Shown one piece after another: positions 1 to 6,077 of a stretch of DNA of 36,464 nucleotides (its first letter is position 1; each line of letters opens with the position of its first letter). The notes below the pieces were generated by a model, which did not search any database, was not told the origin of the DNA, and worked only from the letters and a program-made list of their open reading frames with translations. The stretch lies in the IMG/VR virus record IMGVR_UViG_3300035040_000064; one strand, written 5' to 3'. The stretch comes from a virus. The translations under genes were made by a program, and so were the position numbers.

Positions 1-127
1 GCTTTATTGACCAAGCTCAAACGCCAGGAAGATCACGCTTGGCTCAAAGAAGTTTCGTCCGTACCGGTGCAGCAGTCCCTGCAACACCTTCAGCGGGCTT
101 TTAATAACTTCTTCGCTAAACGAGCTG
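1..127. repeat. Terminal overlap copy 1 (identical to 36338-36464); signature of a circular contig
   Basis: I compared the two stretches base by base and all 127 nt are identical. The overlap lies inside one continuous reading frame (tnpB). Confidence 0.95.
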
Positions 128-972
128 GTTACCCATCGTTTAAGACAAAGCATGGGAGGCAGTCCATCACCTACGTTGCCAGTGGCTTTTCGTGGGATGG
201 AATAGCGCTGACCCTCGCCAAGATGAAAGAGCCATTGGCGATTCGCTGGTCACGTCCCATCCCCGAGGTGGCTAAAATCAACACCTGTACCGTCTCCAAA
301 GACACCGCAGGACGCTACTTCGTATCCCTGCTGTGCGACGATACCGTTACCCCCTTGCCGGAAGTCCCCGGTCAGGTTGGGATTGACCTGGGGCTGACCC
401 ACTTCGCCATTCTGTCCACGGGCGAGAAGATCGCCGCCCCAAACACCTTCCGCCGCAACGAAAAGAAGCTTGCGATGTTGCAGCGCCGCCTGAGCAAAAA
501 GCAAAAAGGATCAAAGAACCGAGCCAAGGCCAAGCAGAAAGTGGCCCGGCTCCATGCGAAAATCGCCGATACCCGGCAGGATTTTCTGCATAAGGTCTCC
601 ACCCGGCTCATTCGCGAGAACCAAGTGATCGCCGTTGAGACCTTGGCCGTGACCAATATGGTCAAAAACCGCCACCTGTCCAAGTCGATATCGGATGCAG
701 GATGGAGTGAATTTATCCGGCAACTCGATTACAAAGCCCGGTGGTACGGACGGACCCTGATCGGGATCGACCGGTGGTATCCGTCAAGTAAACGTTGTGC
801 GGACTGCGGCTACATCATGGGCAAAATGCCCCTGTCGTGCCGTCACTGGACGTGCCCTGAGTGCGGAACCGTCCATGACCGCGACGTCAACGCCGCCCGC
901 AACATACTGGCCGCAGGACATGCGGTTGCAGCCCTTGGAGAAGCGGTAATCCCGGAGCAGGCGCATGCCTGA
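1..972 (+). CDS. tnpB: TnpB, C-terminal part (combined protein about 379 aa)
   Basis: Motifs present: RuvC-I GIDLGL, RuvC-II VIAVETL, zinc finger CADCG...CPECG, RuvC-III HDRDVNAARNI. Stop TGA at 970-972. Confidence 0.9.
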   Translation, partial: ALLTKLKRQEDHAWLKEVSSVPVQQSLQHLQRAFNNFFAKRAGYPSFKTKHGRQSITYVASGFSWDGIALTLAKMKEPLAIRWSRPIPEVAKINTCTVSKDTAGRYFVSLLCDDTVTPLPEVPGQVGIDLGLTHFAILSTGEKIAAPNTFRRNEKKLAMLQRRLSKKQKGSKNRAKAKQKVARLHAKIADTRQDFLHKVSTRLIRENQVIAVETLAVTNMVKNRHLSKSISDAGWSEFIRQLDYKARWYGRTLIGIDRWYPSSKRCADCGYIMGKMPLSCRHWTCPECGTVHDRDVNAARNILAAGHAVAALGEAVIPEQAHA

Positions 973-1045
973 GTCGGCTCGCTTCGATGAATTGGGAATC
1001 CCCGTCCTTCAGGGCGGGGAGGATGTCAACTGGAAGATGAAATGA
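850..1045 (+). ncRNA. Predicted omega RNA (reRNA) scaffold overlapping the tnpB 3' end and right end, with the guide starting at about 1030; extent approximate
   Basis: This is inferred from position. In characterised TnpB systems the guide RNA comes from the 3' end of tnpB plus the right end and reads into flanking DNA. I did not compute a covariance or structure model. Confidence 0.35.
1000..1019 (+). repeat. Right-end subterminal imperfect hairpin CCCCGTCC-TTCA-GGGCGGGG
   Basis: Same architecture as the left-end hairpin. The top of the stem differs by a compensated change (CG/CG in the left end, CC/GG in the right end). Confidence 0.75.
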
Positions 1046-1073
1046 TACATTTACTTGAGAAGGAGTGGAACTG

Positions 1074-1247
1074 ATGATGACCATGGAGCTAATAATATTT
1101 GCTGGAGCGTTGGCCGTTATATGCATATTTGCAGCACTCAAGATTGCGTCAGATATTGTGGAAATCATTGTTGAGCGCAAAAGGCAAAAGCGCCTTGAGA
1201 GAGCGTATGACGATGCTATTGAAGCCATGAGGGCGAAGGATATATAA
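1074..1247 (+). CDS. Small single-pass membrane protein (hypothetical)
   Basis: ORF 1065-1247. AAGGAG at 1060-1065 precedes the ATG at 1074. Hydrophobic segment ELIIFAGALAVICIFAALKIA followed by a charged tail. Locally low GC. Confidence 0.55.
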   Translation: MMTMELIIFAGALAVICIFAALKIASDIVEIIVERKRQKRLERAYDDAIEAMRAKDI

Positions 1248-1249
1248 TC

Positions 1250-1525
1250 ATGAACCACACCGCCAAGCAACTCTTAAACGAAGCCACCGAAGCTGAACTC
1301 AACGCCACCCTCGAAATCCTCCACGAACTGCGCCGCGCTCAACTGAAATATCCGGCAATGGCAGGCCCCCGCGAGGGGTGGGAAACACTCAACTGCGAAG
1401 TATGGGAGATGCACAGAGAGATATACACAGAGCGTCAAAACGCCGCCGCACTGCGCAAAGAGACTGCACAGGTGGGCGCTATGGCGCTGCGGTATCTGCT
1501 GGACGTGTGTGACAGGAGGGAATAA
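1250..1525 (+). CDS. Hypothetical protein (91 aa)
   Basis: The ORF is tightly packed against its neighbours, with an ATGA-type overlap at 1525. The acidic helical pattern ...EVWEMHRE...KETAQVGAMALRYL loosely resembles MazG-like proteins. Confidence 0.5.
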   Translation: MNHTAKQLLNEATEAELNATLEILHELRRAQLKYPAMAGPREGWETLNCEVWEMHREIYTERQNAAALRKETAQVGAMALRYLLDVCDRRE

Positions 1526-1749
1526 TGCGAAGGGAAATATATCTTGAAATAATCGCACTCATGGAGAAAGAGTGGAAATATTTTGAGTTTGAGCAATGCC
1601 CATGGTGCGGAAACGATGTCGAGGTGTTGACCGACGCACCAGCCGGATATGTACAGGACGGGGATGCTGTGCGGTGCGTCGATGCCAACTGCGGTTTTAG
1701 GTCTAGTGTGTCTGTTGATGACGAAGAAATCTGGATTCAAGACGCATAA
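1525..1749 (+). CDS. Small zinc-ribbon protein (hypothetical)
   Basis: CPWCG ... CVDANCG cysteine pairs. The start overlaps the upstream stop. Confidence 0.5.
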   Translation: MRREIYLEIIALMEKEWKYFEFEQCPWCGNDVEVLTDAPAGYVQDGDAVRCVDANCGFRSSVSVDDEEIWIQDA

Positions 1750-1786
1750 CGATTGAGTTAAAGCGCCGACTGAAAGGAGGTCGATT

Positions 1787-2005
1787 TTGAACGACTTGTT
1801 AGCCCTGTTTGGCGACCGGGAAGAAACGATTTATAGCGCAGAACTGTACCTCTTGCGAAAGCTGGCAGAGACGAGCAGCGACATGGTGAAAGCCCGTGAT
1901 TGGGAAGAATTTCGTGTTGCGTGTGGCGGACAGGAAAAGCTGGACAAAGCCCACGCGGATGCGCTGCGCGAATACGAACAATGGCTCTCTGATGGAGAGG
2001 GCTAA
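1787..2005 (+). CDS. Hypothetical protein (72 aa), TTG start
   Basis: AAAGGAGG at 1774-1780 lies 6 nt upstream of the TTG at 1787. Confidence 0.5.
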   Translation: MNDLLALFGDREETIYSAELYLLRKLAETSSDMVKARDWEEFRVACGGQEKLDKAHADALREYEQWLSDGEG

Positions 2006-2018
2006 CAAGGAGTTAAAA

Positions 2019-2303
2019 ATGCCTGAAAAACAGCAAAACACCAAATGCACAGCCCCGGTAGAAACCTACGCCCGCGTGGTCGGCTTCTTCCGCCCCGTCC
2101 AGCACTGGAACAAAGGCAAACAACAGGAGTTCAGCGACCGCAAGACAATAAAAACCCGCACAAAAAGGAGAAAAAATGCCACCAGAAATCACCAAAGAAA
2201 AAAAACAACGCCTCGCGCAAGAGCTAAAGCGCCTGCGCATTCTGCCCCTACGGGGCGAACTAATCATCAGCGTCGGCTCAGATGGCAGCATCGGCAACAT
2301 TAA
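2019..2303 (+). CDS. Mini-protein resembling the glycyl-radical C-terminus of anaerobic ribonucleotide reductase NrdD
   Basis: AAGGAG at 2007-2012 precedes the ATG at 2019. The N-terminal 42 aa are MPEKQQNTKCTAPVETYARVVGFFRPVQHWNKGKQQEFSDRK, which matches the NrdD C-terminal pattern R-V-x-G-Y/F...RP..WN.GK..E...R. The remaining 50 aa are low-complexity and basic, and overlap the next gene. Confidence 0.5.
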   Translation: MPEKQQNTKCTAPVETYARVVGFFRPVQHWNKGKQQEFSDRKTIKTRTKRRKNATRNHQRKKTTPRARAKAPAHSAPTGRTNHQRRLRWQHRQH

Positions 2304-2322
2304 AGTAATCACCAACCACTAA
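2176..2322 (+). CDS. Hypothetical small protein (48 aa; below the ORF-track cutoff)
   Basis: AAAGGAG at 2163-2169 precedes the ATG at 2176. The translation is MPPEITKEKKQRLAQELKRLRILPLRGELIISVGSDGSIGNIKVITNH. Its third-position GC bias looks like the rest of the genome, unlike the overlapping frame. Confidence 0.5.
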   Translation: MPPEITKEKKQRLAQELKRLRILPLRGELIISVGSDGSIGNIKVITNH

Positions 2323-2366
2323 CCCACAACCAAATAAAGCCCGAACCACGGCAACCCTGAAAAGGA

Positions 2367-2411
2367 GCCCGTAAACCACCAGCACTCACGCTAGCTTTAC
2401 GGGCTTTTTTT
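2367..2411 (+). terminator. Rho-independent terminator
   Basis: Stem GCCCGTAAA (2367-2375) / TTTACGGGC (2396-2404) followed by seven T residues (2405-2411). Confidence 0.7.
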
Positions 2412-3269
2412 ATGGAGCGCCGTATGAACAAAAAACAAGACCTCCTCACCCGCGTAAAAGACCTGCAGCAACACTGCACGCAGGAAGAAAAAGCCGAACT
2501 CACCGCGTTCTACAACGCCCGCCAGCGCACCCTGCAATCGTACAACGAAGACAGCACCGCCGCGCGCAAGAAAGACTACGACGCCGCGCGCGAAGGTCTG
2601 ACCGAACTCGTCGAGCGCCTGGAACAGCAGTACCTCGCGCCCGAGCCCCAGACATCCAAACCCGCGTACCACCCCACAGATATCCTGTTCCGCAACTCCA
2701 CCGAGATGTACCACCACCTGAAGGATAAAGGCTGGGATCTATCCTCGCGCCAGACCCTCACCAACCACGCCAAAAAAGGATCCTTGCAGCTCGCGCCCGA
2801 TCGCTCCATCACCACCGCCGCGTTCGAAGCGTGGAAGAACAACCCCGAAGGCGGCCAGCGCTACTACGAAAGCTACATCCGCCACCAGCGCGATGCTTTA
2901 GGCACCATCGAAGAAAACGCCCTCAAAAAATCCAAAGACGAAGCCGAGATCATCGCCCTCAATCGGCGCAAAAAAGAGCGCGAAGAACAAAAAGAGATGG
3001 GCCTGCTCATCACCCGCGAGCAAGCCGACGCCGAAGTCTGCGCCTGGACAGGCATCACCCGCGACACCATCGCCGCCCACATCATCAAGCAGGTACCCAC
3101 AATCATCCACACCACCGGCGGCCAGATCCAGACCCAGCCAGAACTCGAAGCCCTGATTGAGCAAACCATAGACGCCGCCTGCAACGCCATCGCCACCAGC
3201 GACGAGGTTGATGTGGTTATCGAAGGCGAACCGGAAGAAGACACCGAAGAAATGGACGAAACCGCGTAG
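2412..3269 (+). CDS. Hypothetical protein; positional candidate for the small terminase subunit
   Basis: The ORF sits directly upstream of the large terminase. It has a coiled-coil N-terminus and an acidic C-terminus. An alternative start is at 2424 (MNKKQ). The stop TAG lies inside a REP-like GTAG head. I recognised no diagnostic motif. Confidence 0.55.
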   Translation: MERRMNKKQDLLTRVKDLQQHCTQEEKAELTAFYNARQRTLQSYNEDSTAARKKDYDAAREGLTELVERLEQQYLAPEPQTSKPAYHPTDILFRNSTEMYHHLKDKGWDLSSRQTLTNHAKKGSLQLAPDRSITTAAFEAWKNNPEGGQRYYESYIRHQRDALGTIEENALKKSKDEAEIIALNRRKKEREEQKEMGLLITREQADAEVCAWTGITRDTIAAHIIKQVPTIIHTTGGQIQTQPELEALIEQTIDAACNAIATSDEVDVVIEGEPEEDTEEMDETA

Positions 3270-3289
3270 GGGCGCTGCTTGCCGCGCCC
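3266..3289 (+). repeat. REP-like unit, type B: GTAGGGGCGCTGCTTGCCGCGCCC
   Basis: GTAGGG head followed by a GGGCGC/GCGCCC hairpin. It forms an inverted pair with 3319-3342 (one mismatch). Confidence 0.7.
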
Positions 3290-3318
3290 ATTGCACGGGA
3301 TAGCAGCCAAACAACAAA

Positions 3319-3342
3319 GGGCGCAGCAAGCAGCGCCCCTAC
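3319..3342 (-). repeat. REP-like unit, type B (reverse orientation): GTAGGGGCGCTGCTTGCTGCGCCC
   Basis: The + strand reads GGGCGCAGCAAGCAGCGCCCCTAC, identical to 5623-5646. Confidence 0.7.
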
Positions 3343-3369
3343 GATAACCGGAGAAACCGGAGGAAAACC

Positions 3370-5343
3370 ATGCAACTAATCCCCCAAACCGTCAAACCCC
3401 TGCCAGCGCACGCCCACATGGCCGGCAGGCGCTACACCGGCAAACCCTCCCGCGCCCTGCGCCGCCGGATGCGCACGCCCGAAAAACTCAGCATCAGCCA
3501 GTGGGCCGCCAAATACCGCCGCGTCACCGCCATCGACGCTTACCCCGGCCCGTGGGAAGCCGAGAAGGTGCCGCACCTCGCCAAAATCATGGACACCATC
3601 AGCCTCCCCTACGTGCGCGAGGTCTATATATGCATGCCCGAGCGCGCCGGCAAAACGCAGGTGTTGCTCAATACCATGGGCTGGACCCTCGACCAGGGCT
3701 CCAAATCCGGCAACGTCTTCTGGCTCATGCCCATCGAATCCGAAGCAAAAAAAGCCATGAGCGAGAGGATCATCCCCGTCCTCAAAGCAAAAGACGGCTT
3801 TGGCCGCCCCGGCCGCCTCGCGCGCTACCTCAGCAAATACGACGACGACACCAAGCGCGGCACCATCCGCTTTAACACCGGCACCCGCCTGTTTCCCGCG
3901 TGGTCCAACTCGCCCGCATCAATGGCGTCATACTTTGGCAAGCTCAACATCGGCGACGAGATCGACAAGTTCGAAAAATCCACCCGCGAAGGCACCGACG
4001 CCCTCACTCTGATCCGCAAACGCGGGCGCGACAACCGCACCAACACCAAAAACGTCTTTGCCAGCACCCCTGGTGCCGCGCGCCGCATCTACACCATGAG
4101 CATGCACGAAGCCCAGCAGGTGTGGCAGTACTACATGCGCTGCCCCGAGTGCGACGCGCCCATCTGCCCGGACGAAACCCACCTCGATCTCCCCGCCGGG
4201 GCTACCGCCTCCGAGATTGAGATCACCGGCTGCAGCATCGCCTGCCCCGCGTGTGGCACCCTGCTCGAAGAACACCAGCGCCACAGCGCGTATCAATCCG
4301 GCACCTGGCTCTGCACCCAGGGGCAGGATATCAAGCGCCCCGGCACCGTCGGCTTCCACATGAGCGCGTACTGCCTCCCGCGTGTGCCCCTCGCCGAAAT
4401 CGCCGCCGCCTGGCTGCGCGCCGAGCACGGCAGCACCGTGCACAAAACCGCCTACTACAATGGGTATAGAGTGCAGGACTACGACCCCCCACGCGCCACC
4501 AAAGACTGGCGCGACGTCCTCCTCCTGTGCGACGAGCGCCCGCGCGACCTCGTACCCAACAACACCGCCGCCCTGATTCTGCAAGTCGATACCCAGCAAG
4601 ACGGCTTTTATTACGAGGTTGCCGCCGTAGGCTACCAAACCACCGGCGGTACCGTATCAAGCTACCTGGTGCGCAAGGGCTATCTGCTCACCTTCGGCGA
4701 CCTGCTCGACCTCGCCGCGCGCACCTGGCACAGCGCCGATGGCAAGCAGTACAAAATCTGCTCCGCCCTAATCGACTCCGGCGGCGGGCGCAAAGCAGGC
4801 ATGCCCGCCAAGCACTCCCGGACGAAAGAGGTATACGAGTTCTGCCGCCAGCACCCGATCTTCCGCCCGGTAAAAGGCAAGCCCCGGCGCGATACCGCCA
4901 TCAAATACAGCAAAATCGATGTCTGGCCCGGCACCAGCAAGCCCATCCCCGGAGGCCTCCAGCTCATCATTCTGGATGTGCATTTTTTCAAGGATGCCCT
5001 CGCGAGCGCGATGCACGTAAACCCCGGCGATCCGGGCAGCTTCAACCTGTACAGCGGCTACACCGAACACCAGCTCAACAACCCCAACAAAGCGATAGAG
5101 CCCGAAAACGAGCTAACCGACTACGCCAAACACCTCTGCGCTGAATACCGCAACGACCTCGGCAACTGGGAGCACGACAAAACCGCCGGACGCAACGACT
5201 ACCACGACTGCGCCACCTACCGCATGGCCCACATCGAAATCCTGCGCCAGGGTGGGGCGCTGATCCGCCAAAATGCAACACCACCCAAACCAAAAAAACA
5301 GCCCGCAACTACCAACAAACAACAACAAGGGAGATTCTGGTAA
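3370..5343 (+). CDS. Terminase large subunit, lambda GpA-like
   Basis: 657 aa. The N-terminus ...LSISQWAAKYRRV...YPGPWEAEKVPHLAKIMD... and the Walker A-like PERAGKTQ are typical of the GpA family. Cys pairs CPECD...CPACG. GGAGG RBS. It is followed by W-like and lambda-type portal genes. Confidence 0.85.
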   Translation: MQLIPQTVKPLPAHAHMAGRRYTGKPSRALRRRMRTPEKLSISQWAAKYRRVTAIDAYPGPWEAEKVPHLAKIMDTISLPYVREVYICMPERAGKTQVLLNTMGWTLDQGSKSGNVFWLMPIESEAKKAMSERIIPVLKAKDGFGRPGRLARYLSKYDDDTKRGTIRFNTGTRLFPAWSNSPASMASYFGKLNIGDEIDKFEKSTREGTDALTLIRKRGRDNRTNTKNVFASTPGAARRIYTMSMHEAQQVWQYYMRCPECDAPICPDETHLDLPAGATASEIEITGCSIACPACGTLLEEHQRHSAYQSGTWLCTQGQDIKRPGTVGFHMSAYCLPRVPLAEIAAAWLRAEHGSTVHKTAYYNGYRVQDYDPPRATKDWRDVLLLCDERPRDLVPNNTAALILQVDTQQDGFYYEVAAVGYQTTGGTVSSYLVRKGYLLTFGDLLDLAARTWHSADGKQYKICSALIDSGGGRKAGMPAKHSRTKEVYEFCRQHPIFRPVKGKPRRDTAIKYSKIDVWPGTSKPIPGGLQLIILDVHFFKDALASAMHVNPGDPGSFNLYSGYTEHQLNNPNKAIEPENELTDYAKHLCAEYRNDLGNWEHDKTAGRNDYHDCATYRMAHIEILRQGGALIRQNATPPKPKKQPATTNKQQQGRFW

Positions 5344-5534
5344 TGGCCAACAATTCAGACCTGCTGCGCGGCATGAAAGCCATCTGCAACTACATCAACG
5401 TATCCGAAGCCACCGCCCTCAAATACTACCGCGAGCTCGACATGCCCATGCGCAAAAGCGGCAAGGACAACAAAGGCGAATGGCTTTCCAGCCGTAAAAA
5501 GCTGGATAAGTGGACCGAGGATTTGTTTGCGTGA
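5343..5534 (+). CDS. Small helix-turn-helix protein (excisionase/AlpA/MerR-like fold)
   Basis: 63 aa. ...AICNYINVSEATALKYYRELDMP...WLSSRKKLDKW is a typical short HTH_17-like pattern. TAATG overlap with the terminase stop. Confidence 0.55.
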   Translation: MANNSDLLRGMKAICNYINVSEATALKYYRELDMPMRKSGKDNKGEWLSSRKKLDKWTEDLFA

Positions 5535-5537
5535 ATC

Positions 5538-5558
5538 GGTGGGCGGTGCCCACCCTGC
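5538..5558 (-). repeat. REP-like unit, type A variant (GCAGGGTGGGCACCGCCCACC on the - strand)
   Basis: The + strand reads GGTGGGCGGTGCCCACCCTGC. The hairpin is GGTGGGC/GCCCACC. Confidence 0.65.
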
Positions 5559-5568
5559 AACCCCACCC

Positions 5569-5594
5569 GTAGGGGCAGGCCCCTGTGCCTGCCC
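5569..5594 (+). repeat. REP-like unit, type C: GTAGGGGCAGGCCCCTGTGCCTGCCC
   Basis: GTAGGG head and an 8-bp stem GGGCAGGC/GCCTGCCC. Confidence 0.65.
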
Positions 5595-5622
5595 TTGCCC
5601 CGGCACCGCAACACACCCACCA

Positions 5623-5646
5623 GGGCGCAGCAAGCAGCGCCCCTAC
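5623..5646 (-). repeat. REP-like unit, type B (identical to 3319-3342)
   Basis: A 25-nt exact direct repeat is shared by 3318-3342 and 5622-5646. Confidence 0.7.
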
Positions 5647-5760
5647 ACCTGCAACCTTGCCCCTTGAACCTTCCCGCCGAACCCATGTCAACCGCAAATA
5701 ACCCATAAACTTCCGCAAACTTCCCATAAATACCACCTAAACTCCCTATAAACTTCAGAA

Positions 5761-5815
5761 GTGCCAAAAAGCGCCATTACAATAACAGTCAAAATTGTAA
5801 TAACGTTTTTTGCAC
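5761..5815. other. Long imperfect AT-rich hairpin upstream of the head genes
   Basis: GTGCCAAAAAGCGCCATTACAAT - loop AACAGTCAAA - ATTGTAATAACGTTTTTTGCAC. The inner 8-bp stem is perfect and the outer arms pair with a few mismatches. Confidence 0.5.
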
Positions 5816-5834
5816 TTCCACGGGGAGCATCTCA

Positions 5835-6077
5835 TTGGCAGCCACATTCACTAGCTGGACAGCGCTCCACACGGCTATGCTCAATGCGGCGGCGGACTTT
5901 TTCGCCAACCGGATCAGCGTAGCATCCTACACCGTAGATACCGGCGGCAGCCGTCGCCAGCTTGAATACCGCACCGTTGCTGAGTTCCAGGCAGGGCTCG
6001 AATTTGTCGCCCACATGGCCGCAACCGAATCCGGCAGTGTATCGCTGCGCACCGTTGCTGTGCCGAGGCGCGTATGA
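5835..6077 (+). CDS. Head-tail joining protein, lambda gpW-like
   Basis: 80 aa with a TTG start after GGGGAG. It sits between terminase and portal as in lambda. The pattern ...GGSRRQLEYRTVAEFQAGLEFV...R resembles gpW. Confidence 0.6.
   Translation: MAATFTSWTALHTAMLNAAADFFANRISVASYTVDTGGSRRQLEYRTVAEFQAGLEFVAHMAATESGSVSLRTVAVPRRV

Larger units (their letters stand above)
1..1029 (+). mobile_element. IS200/IS605-family TnpB-only element, right part; right end predicted after TCAA at 1026-1029
   Basis: The right-end hairpin at 1000-1019 lies just after the tnpB stop. A TCAA tetranucleotide ends 10 nt 3' of the hairpin foot, as in the IS608 paradigm. Confidence 0.55.

Noticed and set aside
1896-2018. 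An upstream extension of the NrdD-like ORF (track ORF 1896-2303).
   Set aside because: It overlaps the well-signalled ORF 1787-2005 in another frame. The ATG at 2019 has its own AAGGAG RBS.
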